A stretch of 56,151 nucleotides of DNA, from the NCBI GenBank assembly GCA_040005815.1, contig JBDTYC010000001.1, positions 1 to 56,151 of the forward strand. Direction: 5' to 3'. This DNA is from Chloroflexota bacterium (lineage in GTDB: Bacteria; Chloroflexota; Limnocylindria; QHBO01). Within the stretch, counting starts at the first letter, position 1; each line of letters opens with the position of its first letter. The position numbers and the translations under genes were made by a program. Positions 36,476 to 45,790 of the stretch are shown piece by piece. The notes beneath the pieces were generated by a model. That model was not told the origin of the DNA, ran no database searches, and was given only the letters and a program-made list of their open reading frames with translations.

Positions 36476-38713
36476 ATGACCAACCCCGCCGTCGCACCCC
36501 TGACCGAGCTCACCCTCCCCGTGGTCGGCATGACCTGCGCGTCGTGCGTGAGCCGGATCGAGCGCTTCCTGGGACGAGCCGAAGGCGTCACGGACGCCGC
36601 CGTGAACCTGGCCACCGAGCGCGCGACGGTCCATTTCGACGCACGCCGGATCGACCGCAGCGGGATCGTCGCCGCCATCGAGGCGGCGGGCTACGAGGTG
36701 GCGATACAGACCGCACCCGGCGAGACGCTCACCGACGATGCTGATATCGCACGGGCAAAGGAGCGCCGGGGGCTGCTCCGCGATGCGCTGCTGGCGATCG
36801 GCATCGGCCTGGCCATGATGGTGGTCTCTCTCTGGCCGGGCGGCGCACCGTGGCCGATGGAGCGGATCAACGTCTGGATGCTCGCGCCGGCGACGGTGGT
36901 GCAGTTCCTCTTCGGGCGGCGCTTCCTCGTCGCCGCCGCAAAGGGGCTTCGCCACGGCGACCTGACGATGGATACGCTCGTCTCGCTCGGAACCCTGGCT
37001 GCATACGGCTACTCGCTCGCGGTCACGCTCGCGGGATTCGCAGTGGAGACCTACTTCGACAGCGCAGCGCTGATCATCGGCCTCGTGCTGCTGGGCCGCT
37101 GGCTGGAGGCGCGCGCCAAGAGCCTGGCCGCGGGGGCAGTCCGGGCGCTGCTCGAGCTCCGCCCGACGACGGCTCGCGTGCTGCGGGACGGCAAGGAGTC
37201 CGATCTGCCGATCGAGCAGGTCCGGCCCGGCGACCTCCTCCGCGTCCGACCCGGGGAGCGGGTGCCGGCCGACGGCACGATCGTCGAAGGTGGCTCGGCC
37301 ATCGATGAGTCGATGCTCACCGGCGAGTCGATCCCGGTCGACAAGCGGGGAGGCGACCAGGTGACCGGCGCGACGATGAACGCATCCGGATCGTTCGTGA
37401 TGCGTGTGGAGCGCGTCGGAGCGGACACCACCCTAGCCCAGATCGCCCGCATGGTGGAACAGGCACAGGGATCGAAGGCGCCGATCCAGCGGGTGGTCGA
37501 CCAGGTCACCGCTCGCTTCGTCCCGGTGGTCGTGCTCATCGCGGCCGTCGCCTTCGGCCTCTGGCTGCTGCTCGGTCCCGAGCCGCGGCTGGCCGCCGCG
37601 CTGACCGCGGCGGTGGCGGTGCTGATCATCGCCTGCCCCTGCGCCATGGGGCTGGCCACACCGACTGCGATCATGGTCGGCACTGCCAAGGGTGCCGAGG
37701 CTGGCATCCTGATCCGTGACGGCGCCGCGCTGGAGCAGACGCAGCGCGTCACCGCGGTCGTCCTCGACAAGACCGGGACGATCACCCGTGGGAAGCCGTC
37801 CGTCGTGTCGGCTCGACCCCTGACCGGCACCGCCGAAGAGGAGCTCCTGCGCCTGGCGGCCAGTGCCGAGCGTGGCAGCGAGCATCCCCTGGCCGAGGCG
37901 ATCGTGCGACTGGCCAGCGAACGGGAACTTGCCCTGCCGTCTGCCACCGATTTCGCGTCCGTCGCCGGCGGCGGCGTCCGCGCCACCATCGAGGGCCGTC
38001 CGGTGATCGTCGGCAGCGAGCGGCTGCTGAACGACGAGGGGGTCGACACCCACGCTGCCGAGCAGCTCGCCCACGAGGCCGCTACGGCCGGCCACACGCC
38101 GGTCCTGGTCGCGGCGGACCGGGTCGTCATCGGCCTGTTGGCGATCGCCGACACAGTAAAGGCCGAGTCTGCCGTGGCGGTGGAGCGGCTGAGAGCCGCG
38201 GGGCTCGAGGTCTGGATGCTGACCGGAGATCGAGCCGCGGTGGCCCGTGCGATCGGCGCCTCTGTCGGCATCGCGCCCGATCGAATCCTGGCCGAGGTCC
38301 GGCCCGGCGAGAAGGCCGACAAGGTTCGCGAGCTGCAGGTCGCGGGCGCGGTGGTGGCGATGGTCGGCGACGGGATCAACGACGCCCCCGCCCTGGCGCA
38401 GGCCGACCTCGGGGTCGCAATCGGCACCGGTGCGGACGTCGCGGTCGAGGCTTCTGCGATCACGCTCATCGGAGATGACCTGCGGTCGGTCCCCGCCGCA
38501 ATCAGCCTGTCGCGCGCCACGATGCGCACCATTCGTCAGAACCTGGCATGGGCCTTCGGCTACAACCTGGTCCTCATCCCTGTCGCCGCGGGAGTGCTCT
38601 TCCCGCTCACCGGGTGGCTTCTGTCGCCCGCACTCGCCGCCGGCGCGATGGCGCTCTCGAGCGTCAGCGTCGTCACCAACTCGCTGCGGCTCCGCCGCTT
38701 CCAACCCAGCTGA
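36476..38713 (+). CDS. copA: copper-translocating P1B-type ATPase
   Basis: N-terminal HMA motif [17 protein letters not shown] motif [11 protein letters not shown], and [15 protein letters not shown]. Confidence 0.9.
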   Translation: MTNPAVAPLTELTLPVVGMTCASCVSRIERFLGRAEGVTDAAVNLATERATVHFDARRIDRSGIVAAIEAAGYEVAIQTAPGETLTDDADIARAKERRGLLRDALLAIGIGLAMMVVSLWPGGAPWPMERINVWMLAPATVVQFLFGRRFLVAAAKGLRHGDLTMDTLVSLGTLAAYGYSLAVTLAGFAVETYFDSAALIIGLVLLGRWLEARAKSLAAGAVRALLELRPTTARVLRDGKESDLPIEQVRPGDLLRVRPGERVPADGTIVEGGSAIDESMLTGESIPVDKRGGDQVTGATMNASGSFVMRVERVGADTTLAQIARMVEQAQGSKAPIQRVVDQVTARFVPVVVLIAAVAFGLWLLLGPEPRLAAALTAAVAVLIIACPCAMGLATPTAIMVGTAKGAEAGILIRDGAALEQTQRVTAVVLDKTGTITRGKPSVVSARPLTGTAEEELLRLAASAERGSEHPLAEAIVRLASERELALPSATDFASVAGGGVRATIEGRPVIVGSERLLNDEGVDTHAAEQLAHEAATAGHTPVLVAADRVVIGLLAIADTVKAESAVAVERLRAAGLEVWMLTGDRAAVARAIGASVGIAPDRILAEVRPGEKADKVRELQVAGAVVAMVGDGINDAPALAQADLGVAIGTGADVAVEASAITLIGDDLRSVPAAISLSRATMRTIRQNLAWAFGYNLVLIPVAAGVLFPLTGWLLSPALAAGAMALSSVSVVTNSLRLRRFQPS

Positions 38714-38731
38714 AAGGAAGGATCAACACCG

Positions 38732-38929
38732 ATGGAGACTCCCCAGATGGCTCCCATGGCGCACGACCCCGTGTGCGGCATGACCGTCAACGCCGATGTG
38801 GCAGCCGCGGCCGGCCTGGTGGCCGAACACGAGGGGCAGAGCTACTACTTCTGCGGTCGTGGCTGCCGGCTCGAATTCCTCGACGACCCGAAGCGCTTCT
38901 TCGACTCGGCCTACCTCCCTCGGATGTAG
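38732..38929 (+). CDS. YHS (TRASH-like) domain metal-binding protein
   Basis: DPVCGMTV...YYFCGRGCRLEF is typical of the YHS domain. It lies 18 nt downstream of copA. Confidence 0.8.
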   Translation: METPQMAPMAHDPVCGMTVNADVAAAAGLVAEHEGQSYYFCGRGCRLEFLDDPKRFFDSAYLPRM

Positions 38930-38954
38930 GGACGCCCGGCTAGACTCGGGCGAG

Positions 38955-39875
38955 ATGCCCCTCATCTCGACCCAGTCCCTGACCAAGCGCTACGGCTCGT
39001 CCGTCACCGCGCTGGACGGCCTGACGCTCGACGTCGAGCCGGGGATCATCGGCCTTGTCGGCGCCAACGGCGCGGGCAAGAGCACGCTCCTGAAGATCCT
39101 GCTCGGCCTGCTGAAGCCGACGAGCGGGAGCGCGACGGTCATGGACATGGACGTCGCCACCCGCGGTCCGGAGATCCGGCAGTACGTGGGCTACCTGCCC
39201 GAGCACGACTGCCTGCCGCCCGATGTCTCCGCCACCGACTTCGTGAGCCACATGGGGCGGATGGCGGGCCTGCCACCGGCCGCGGCGCGCGAGCGGACCG
39301 CCGAGGTCCTTCGGCATGTCGGTCTGTACGAGGAGCGCTATCGGCCGATCGGTGGCTACTCCACCGGCATGAAGCAGCGAGTGAAGCTGGCACAGGCCAT
39401 CGTCCACGACCCGAAGCTCCTCCTCCTCGACGAGCCGACCAACGGGCTCGATCCTGCTGGCCGCGACGAGATGCTCGACCTGGTGCACCGCACCGGCACG
39501 GAGTTCGGGATCGCAACCGTGGTGGCCAGCCACCTGCTCGGCGAGATCGAGCGGGTCTGCACCTTCCTACTGGCGATCGATGCCGGCAAGCTCCTGCAGT
39601 CGGCGCCGATCTCCAGCTTCGTGGAGCGCACGGGAACTCTGGGAGTGGAGGTCGAGGACGGCGCCCACGCCCTCGCCGAGCGGCTCGTGGCCGCCGGCCT
39701 GACCGCGCGCGTCGACGGCCGCAGCGTCCTGGTCGACTGCCCTGACGAGCGTCCGTACGACATCGTCCGCGACGCGATCGACGAGATGGGACTCTCGCTC
39801 ACGCGGCTGGAGCAGCGACGACACCGGCTCGAGGATCTCTTCCGCGCGGAGGGCCGGGCGGATGACGCGGCATGA
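38955..39875 (+). CDS. ABC transporter ATP-binding protein
   Basis: Motifs GANGAGKST, YSTGMKQR and LLLDEPTNGLD. The start is taken at MPLISTQ, because the track ORF extension overlaps the YHS gene. Confidence 0.85.
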   Translation: MPLISTQSLTKRYGSSVTALDGLTLDVEPGIIGLVGANGAGKSTLLKILLGLLKPTSGSATVMDMDVATRGPEIRQYVGYLPEHDCLPPDVSATDFVSHMGRMAGLPPAAARERTAEVLRHVGLYEERYRPIGGYSTGMKQRVKLAQAIVHDPKLLLLDEPTNGLDPAGRDEMLDLVHRTGTEFGIATVVASHLLGEIERVCTFLLAIDAGKLLQSAPISSFVERTGTLGVEVEDGAHALAERLVAAGLTARVDGRSVLVDCPDERPYDIVRDAIDEMGLSLTRLEQRRHRLEDLFRAEGRADDAA

Positions 39876-40770
39876 AGCGGCGGTCGCGCCCCGCGAGAGC
39901 GCGACCGGGGCAATCTACGACCTGGGGTACCGAGGCTATGACGGGCCGCGGCTGGGACGGCGGGCGGCCTTCGCGACCCTCTTCTGGGCGAGCCTGCGAG
40001 CCGCCTTCGGGCTCGGCCGGTCCGGCCGCTCGAAGGTCGTCCCATGGGGACTCACCGCAATCATGGTCGTGCCAGCCGCCGTGGCCGGGGCGATCCAGGC
40101 GATCGCGCCGGGCGGGCTCTCCCCCTTCAACTACGACAACTACCTCTGGGACCTGCAGCCGATCCTGGCGCTCTTCGTCGCTGCGCAGTCCCCGGAGCTG
40201 GTCAGCAGCGACCAGCGCAACCGGGTCCTGTCGCTCTACTTCAGCCACGCGCTGGCTCGCAGCGACTACGCGCTCGCCAAGTTCGGCGCGATGGCCGCCG
40301 CGCTCTTCATCCTCGGGCTGGCTCCGCTGCTCGTCATCCTCTTCGCCTCCATCCTCGCCTCATCCGATGTCGCCGGCGCAGCCGGTGACCAGCTCGGCAA
40401 CCTGCCGCAGATCCTTGGCTCGCCACTGATCTACGCTTTTCCGCTCGCGGGCCTCGGCATGGCGATCGCCTCGTTCACGCCCCGTCGCGCCTATGCCACC
40501 GGCGCGATCATCGCCGTCTTCCTCGTCACCGGAGCGGTGGGAGCCATCCTCTCCGAGGCGGGTCGCGGGCGGATGTCACAGGTCGCCCCGCTCCTCAACC
40601 CATTCGTGCTCCTCGACGGCGCGCGCAACTGGCTTGTCGGGAAGAGCATCCCGGACTCACCTGTCTCGGATGCCCACTTGGCGTTGCCGCTCTTCGGACT
40701 CCTCACCGCGGTCCTCACCGCGATCGCGATCGCCGCCGTGGTGTGGCGGTATCGGAGGATCGCCGCATGA
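39862..40770 (+). CDS. ABC-2 family transporter permease (hypothetical substrate)
   Basis: Six predicted TM segments. It overlaps the upstream ATPase gene by 14 nt and is followed by an ATGA overlap. Confidence 0.6.
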   Translation: MTRHEAAVAPRESATGAIYDLGYRGYDGPRLGRRAAFATLFWASLRAAFGLGRSGRSKVVPWGLTAIMVVPAAVAGAIQAIAPGGLSPFNYDNYLWDLQPILALFVAAQSPELVSSDQRNRVLSLYFSHALARSDYALAKFGAMAAALFILGLAPLLVILFASILASSDVAGAAGDQLGNLPQILGSPLIYAFPLAGLGMAIASFTPRRAYATGAIIAVFLVTGAVGAILSEAGRGRMSQVAPLLNPFVLLDGARNWLVGKSIPDSPVSDAHLALPLFGLLTAVLTAIAIAAVVWRYRRIAA

Positions 40771-41708
40771 GCGCGACCGATCTCGTGCCCAGCGAGACCG
40801 TCGAGCTGGCAAACGTCTCTCGCTGGTACGGCAACGTGGTCGCCGTCAACGACATCAGCTTCACGCTGGACGGTGGCGTGACCGGGCTGCTGGGCCCGAA
40901 CGGCGCGGGGAAGTCCACGATCCTGCACATGGTCGGGGGCTTCCTCGCCCCGTCGTGGGGGAGCGTCACCGTTGGTGGCTCCCCGTCGTGGGGTCACCCG
41001 GAGATGTACCGGCGGATCGGCCTGGTCCCCGAGCGCGAAGCGGTCTACCCGTTCCTCACCGGGCGCGAGTTCGCGCACGCCAATGCCCGGCTGCAGGGGA
41101 TGCCGCCCGCCCAGGCGGCGGAGGCAGCGGCGCACGCCATCGGGCTGGTGGAGCTGGAGGACGCTGCCGACCGACCGATCGGCACGTATTCGAAGGGGAT
41201 GCGGCAGCGGGCCAAGGTCGCAGCGGCGCTCGTCCACGACCCGCCGATCCTCCTCCTGGACGAACCCTTCAACGGGATGGACCCACGCCAGCGGCTGCAC
41301 ATGATGGACCTGCTGCACACCATGGCCGCTGCGGGACGCACGATTCTCTTCTCGTCGCACATCCTGGAGGAGGTCGAGCGTCTCGCCGGGCGGGTGCTCG
41401 TGATCGTCTCGGGGCGGCTGGCCGCGTCCGGCGACTTCCGCGAGATCCGGCGGTTGATGACCGACCGGCCGCACACCTTCACCGTGCGCTCCTCGGATGA
41501 TCGCGCGCTTGCGTCGGCCCTGCTCGCCGAGCCGACCATCGCCGGGGCCGCACTCGACGGCGGGCTGCTCACCGTGCGCACCAACGACTTCGGGGCGTTC
41601 AGTCGCGCCGTGAGCGGGATCGCGCGGCGGCACCGGATCAGCCTGCACGAGCTCCTGCCGACGGATGAGTCGCTCGAGTCGGTCTTCAGCTACCTGGTGC
41701 GCCGATGA
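40767..41708 (+). CDS. ABC transporter ATP-binding protein (second ATPase of the cluster)
   Basis: Motifs GPNGAGKST, YSKGMRQR and LLLDEPFNGMD. ATG at 40767 is preceded by GGAGGA (40754-59). Confidence 0.85.
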   Translation: MSATDLVPSETVELANVSRWYGNVVAVNDISFTLDGGVTGLLGPNGAGKSTILHMVGGFLAPSWGSVTVGGSPSWGHPEMYRRIGLVPEREAVYPFLTGREFAHANARLQGMPPAQAAEAAAHAIGLVELEDAADRPIGTYSKGMRQRAKVAAALVHDPPILLLDEPFNGMDPRQRLHMMDLLHTMAAAGRTILFSSHILEEVERLAGRVLVIVSGRLAASGDFREIRRLMTDRPHTFTVRSSDDRALASALLAEPTIAGAALDGGLLTVRTNDFGAFSRAVSGIARRHRISLHELLPTDESLESVFSYLVRR

Positions 41709-42439
41709 ACGGCGTCATCGCAGGAATCACGCTGCGCCAGCTCCTCTCGCGGCGACGTACCCTCCTGCTCCTCCTGCTCGGCGGCGTGCTGGTGCTCGTG
41801 GCTGGGATCTTCCGCCTCGCCGGAGAGGAGGCGCGCGCGCTGCCATTCACCTCCGGCCTCCTCGGCAACCTGGGGATCGGCACGCTCATGCCACTCGTCG
41901 CGCTGATCTTCGGCACCGGGGCGATCGGCGCCGAGATCGAGGATGGAACGGCGATCTTCCTGCTTGCCAAGCCGATCAGCCGCACGACCGTGGTCTTCAC
42001 CAAGCTGGCGGTCGCTGCGCTGTGTGCCGCGGCGCTGACCTGCGGGCCGATGCTGCTCGCCGGCCTCATCGCCGCCGGCGGCCTGGGCGACGGGCTCGTG
42101 ATCGGGATGGTGGCAGGCGCCGCCATCGGCTCGCTGCTGTACAGCGCCGTCTTCGTGGCGGTAAGCCTGACCACCGGCCGCGCGCTGGTCTTCGGGCTCG
42201 CCTATGTGCTGATCTGGGAAGGGTTGCTGGCCGGCCTCTTCGCGGGGACGCGGACATTCAGCATCCGGCAGCTGACCCTGGCCTTCGCCGATGCCATCGG
42301 CGGCATCCCGAAACACATTTTGGATGCCCCCGTCAGCGTGACCACGGCGGCCATCGTGGGGATCGCCCTTTTGGCCATCGCCACCGTCATCGCCATCCGA
42401 CGGCTGAGCGCGTTCGAGATCTCCGGGGAATCCGCCTAG
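41705..42439 (+). CDS. ABC-2 family transporter permease (second permease)
   Basis: 244 aa with about 6 TM segments. ATGA overlap with the preceding ATPase gene. Confidence 0.65.
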   Translation: MNGVIAGITLRQLLSRRRTLLLLLLGGVLVLVAGIFRLAGEEARALPFTSGLLGNLGIGTLMPLVALIFGTGAIGAEIEDGTAIFLLAKPISRTTVVFTKLAVAALCAAALTCGPMLLAGLIAAGGLGDGLVIGMVAGAAIGSLLYSAVFVAVSLTTGRALVFGLAYVLIWEGLLAGLFAGTRTFSIRQLTLAFADAIGGIPKHILDAPVSVTTAAIVGIALLAIATVIAIRRLSAFEISGESA

Positions 42440-44547
42440 GCCGCAACGACCCGGTTGCGACCAGCGCGCTTGGCCATGAAGAGGGCCACGTCCGCCGTCC
42501 GGAGCAGCTGCTCACCGGTCGGCTCAGCCTCCCCAAGCTCGGCGCAGCCGGCTGACACGGTGACGGTGAGCCGGGTAGCGTCGTCGCTCGCGATTGGCAG
42601 CTGGGCGAGGTTGGCCATGATCTCACCGGCGACGGCCACCGCCGCATCGCGTGACGCCCCCTCGAGCACGACCACGAACTCCTCGCCGCCGAAGCGCGCG
42701 ACGAGGTCAACCTCGCGGAACCGGGTGCGCAGGACGCCGGCGAATGCGCGGAGCACCTGGTCGCCAGTCTGGTGGCCGTGCTGCTTGTTGAACTCACCGA
42801 AGTGGTCGAGGTCGAACATGATCGCTGCCACCGGGCGCCGATCCGCGCGGAGCGAGCGTCGCCAGGTCGCGATGACACGATTCAGTGCCTCGTCGAAGTA
42901 GCGTCGGTTGTAGAGACCGGTCAGCGGGTCGTGGGTCGCAAGCTGCTCGACCTCGGCATGCAGGTATGCATTCGAGATCGCCAGCGCGGCGTGGCCAGCC
43001 AGGAGCTCCATCGCCTCCAGGTCGATGGGACGGAACGGGGTCGAGCGGTCGCGCCGCAGGATGGAGATCGCGCCGACGACCACCCCATCGCGTTGGAGCG
43101 GGATCCCTGCGCCCATCAGCGGATGAGGCTCCGCGACTTCCGCGTAGGCCGGCGGGTACCGGTCGGGACCGAAGTTGTCGTCGATGACCACCGTCCGGGC
43201 GCGGATCGCCCGGCCGGCGAGGCCCTCGCCGGGCTTGATCTCGCGGTCCAGGATCGCCTTGTCAATCTCGGTCGCGGCACGCATCAGGTAGCGTCCGGTC
43301 TCGCGCTCCAGCACGGTGAGCGAGACGATGTCGGCCGGGACGACACGGCGGACGGCCTCGACCATGGCGGCGCCGAGGCGCGACATGTCGAGCTCGCCAC
43401 TCACCGCATCCGTGAAGTCGCTGAGGCTGCGGAGGACGACGGCGCGCTCGCCGAGCGCCTGCCGGTCCCGTCCGAGCGCCACCACCGTGGCGATTCGCCC
43501 CGCCAGCGTGGCTACCAGGTCGCGATCTGTCCCATCCAGGGGCGTGATCGCTTCCACGTTGAGGATGCCAAGAAACTCCCCGTCGAAGAGAAGCGGGGCG
43601 CAGATCTCGCTCCTCACCTCGTCGTACACCGCGACGTAGTCCGGGTCGGTGGTAACGTCCGGCACGAAGGCCACCTCGTGCTCGCGCATCACGCGCCCAA
43701 CCACCCCCTCGGTGCCATCGAACGATGCGCGGGGGTGCTCGTAGCCCCGCTGCGCCCCGAGCGCGAGCCCGTCGGCTTCGGCGAGGTAGATCGAGACGTA
43801 GTTGTAGTGGAACCGGTCGATCAGCACGCCGAGCGCCTGGTCGAGCATCAGCGCCACCGGCCCACCTGAGACGAGGAGCTGACTGACGGCCTCCATCCCG
43901 GCGATCTGGCGCGACTTGCGGCGCTCGGAAACCATCGTCGAGCGCAGCTTCGCGTTCGCGTCCTCGACCGCGATCACAAGCCGGCGAGTGCCGAGCGCGA
44001 CCAGGATGCTGACTCCCGCCATCGTGACGCCGCGCAGCGCGATCTCGGCTCGTGAGCCAGGCACCGCAAGCTCCGGCGCGAGGTAGATGAGGGATGCGGC
44101 CGCGCCGATGACCACGGCCTGGCTGGTTCCCAATGCCGCCGCGGCGACTACGATTGGGATGTAGAGCGCGAACATCGGGTGGGTGTGTCCCCCGACCAGC
44201 TCGGCGAGTGCGGCGACATAGAGGAGGCTCGCGGCGAGGCGCAGGAACGACCAGCCGCGGCGGCTGAGCGGGCGTGAACGAGCGGGTACGAGCGCCAGGA
44301 TCAGCTGAAGGCCGATGAAGATCGGGCTGACGATGGCGACCGTCGGAAGGTCCCGGGGCTCCTGCGAGAGGAGCGCGACCGCCAACCCGATCGGCGCCAG
44401 CGCGGCCGTGTAGAGGAAGAACGGATCTCGAAGGAGGTCGACGTGCGCACGCCGACGCACCACGCGACCGGCATGCGCCCACGGTCCCGCCCGCCACGGG
44501 CGGGGCAGCAGGTTTGCGTCGGTCGGCCGGGATGCGGCGGTTCCCAT
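42436..44547 (-). CDS. membrane-anchored GAF-GAF-GGDEF diguanylate cyclase
   Basis: About 6 N-terminal TM helices and two GAF-like regions. The GGDEF domain has DPLTGLYNRRYF and ARFGGEEFVVVL. The start is uncertain. Confidence 0.85.
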   Translation of the reverse strand: MGTAASRPTDANLLPRPWRAGPWAHAGRVVRRRAHVDLLRDPFFLYTAALAPIGLAVALLSQEPRDLPTVAIVSPIFIGLQLILALVPARSRPLSRRGWSFLRLAASLLYVAALAELVGGHTHPMFALYIPIVVAAAALGTSQAVVIGAAASLIYLAPELAVPGSRAEIALRGVTMAGVSILVALGTRRLVIAVEDANAKLRSTMVSERRKSRQIAGMEAVSQLLVSGGPVALMLDQALGVLIDRFHYNYVSIYLAEADGLALGAQRGYEHPRASFDGTEGVVGRVMREHEVAFVPDVTTDPDYVAVYDEVRSEICAPLLFDGEFLGILNVEAITPLDGTDRDLVATLAGRIATVVALGRDRQALGERAVVLRSLSDFTDAVSGELDMSRLGAAMVEAVRRVVPADIVSLTVLERETGRYLMRAATEIDKAILDREIKPGEGLAGRAIRARTVVIDDNFGPDRYPPAYAEVAEPHPLMGAGIPLQRDGVVVGAISILRRDRSTPFRPIDLEAMELLAGHAALAISNAYLHAEVEQLATHDPLTGLYNRRYFDEALNRVIATWRRSLRADRRPVAAIMFDLDHFGEFNKQHGHQTGDQVLRAFAGVLRTRFREVDLVARFGGEEFVVVLEGASRDAAVAVAGEIMANLAQLPIASDDATRLTVTVSAGCAELGEAEPTGEQLLRTADVALFMAKRAGRNRVVAA

Positions 44548-44681
44548 TCACAGCAGACCGTAATCATCCCGACCAGACCGCACCATTCCCCGGAAGTCAC
44601 CCGTACGGATGGGCTGCAAGCCCGGCTGATGGCTTCGCATCGGTTATGGTTGACCTAGCAACTAACCCGAGGAGCCGACCC

Positions 44682-45656
44682 ATGCCCGCCGTGACCGCTG
44701 ACCTCCTAACCCTTCCCCGCCTCTCGACCATCGCGCCCAGTAGCGTTGCGCGCCCGGTCCGAGCGGTCGTCACCGCTATCCGCACCTTCGAGGGCGAGGG
44801 CTTCCCGGTCCGCCGACCGTTTCCCGGGATCGACCTCTCGCTGGTCGATCCATTCATCCTCCTCGACCAGATGGGCGCAGTGGAGTACGCAGCCGGCGAG
44901 GCGAAGGGCGCGCCGGATCACCCGCATCGCGGCTTCGAGACGGTCACCTACATGCTCGACGGGGTGATCGAGCATCGAGACAGCATGGGCGGCGGCGGAA
45001 CGATCAGTGATGGCGCGACCCAGTGGATGACCGCCGGCGCGGGGATCGTGCATTCCGAGATGCCGCCCGAATACCTCGTCCGCTCCGGAGGCCTCTTCCA
45101 CGGCGTCCAGCTGTGGGTCAACCTGCCAGCGCGGCTCAAGTGGAGCCCGCCCCGATACCAGGACATCGTGCCCGGTGACGTGACCCTGATCAGCAACACC
45201 GATGGCTCGGCGCTGGTGCGGATCATCGCCGGTGAGTTGGATGGCCATGCAGGCCCTGGCGTGACCTACATCCCGATCGCCTACGCCCACGCCACGCTCC
45301 ATCCGGAGGCTTGCCTGGCCGTCCCGTGGCGCGCGGACTTCAACGCGCTGGTCTATGTGCTGGCAGGGAGCGGCCGAGTGGGTCCGGAGGACGCACCGAT
45401 CGGGGAGGGGCAGCTGGCCATTCTAGGCGGAGGGGATCACGTGGCGATCAGCGCTGACCGGACGCCCGCCGGTGCGTCACCGACCCTGGAGATCCTCCTG
45501 CTCGGCGGCCAGGCGATCCGGGAGCCGATCGCGCACTACGGACCCTTTGTGATGAACACGCGCGAGGAGATCCTGCAGGCGGTGGCGGACTACCAGGCCG
45601 GGCGCATGGGCACGATCCCGCCGGTCCACGGTCTCACGGCGGGCTCGACGCCCTAG
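44682..45656 (+). CDS. pirin family protein (bicupin)
   Basis: Motifs DHPHRGFETVTYML, QWMTAGAGIVHSE and GVQLWVNLP. ATG is preceded by GAGGAG (44669-74). Confidence 0.85.
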   Translation: MPAVTADLLTLPRLSTIAPSSVARPVRAVVTAIRTFEGEGFPVRRPFPGIDLSLVDPFILLDQMGAVEYAAGEAKGAPDHPHRGFETVTYMLDGVIEHRDSMGGGGTISDGATQWMTAGAGIVHSEMPPEYLVRSGGLFHGVQLWVNLPARLKWSPPRYQDIVPGDVTLISNTDGSALVRIIAGELDGHAGPGVTYIPIAYAHATLHPEACLAVPWRADFNALVYVLAGSGRVGPEDAPIGEGQLAILGGGDHVAISADRTPAGASPTLEILLLGGQAIREPIAHYGPFVMNTREEILQAVADYQAGRMGTIPPVHGLTAGSTP

Positions 45657-45675
45657 GGCTGGTGGGGGTCGCCCC

Positions 45676-45738
45676 TCAGGCCTTCGGCTTCTTCGGCTTC
45701 TTCGGCTTCGGGGGTCGCTTGGGTGTCTTGTCGGCCAT
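45676..45738 (-). CDS. possible 20-aa Lys/Pro-rich peptide MADKTPKRPPKPKKPKKPKA
   Basis: ATG at 45738 lies 5 nt downstream of a perfect AGGAGG (rc of 45743-48), 52 nt after the stop of the cyclase-NTPase gene. It is too short to appear in the ORF track. Confidence 0.3.
   Translation of the reverse strand: MADKTPKRPPKPKKPKKPKA
45682..45708. repeat. 3 x 9-nt perfect tandem repeat (CTTCGGCTT)
   Basis: Read directly from the sequence. It encodes the KPK repeats of the small ORF on the minus strand. Confidence 0.9.
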
Positions 45739-45790
45739 GAGGTCCTCCTGACCGGAGTGTAGGACGACCGACCGGTGTCGCGTCGCCCCG

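Noticed and set aside
33381-36479. 1032-aa ORF on the + strand, one of the longest in the track
   Set aside because: It is antisense to four minus-strand genes with clear domain signatures (ABC-2 permease, ABC ATPase, GlgM-like GT4). Its product is R/G/D/H/P/E-rich with no motifs. This is the typical stop-codon-poor antisense frame of high-GC DNA.
37051-38704. Minus-strand ORFs 37051..38532 and 37433..38704
   Set aside because: They are antisense to copA, which has CPC, DKTGT and GDGINDAP motifs, and their products are low-complexity S/A/R/P-rich.
42772-44551. ORFs 42772..43869 (+) and 43262..44551 (-, alternative frame)
   Set aside because: They overlap the GAF-GAF-GGDEF gene. Only the chosen frame gives TM helices, GAF features and the GGEEF motif.
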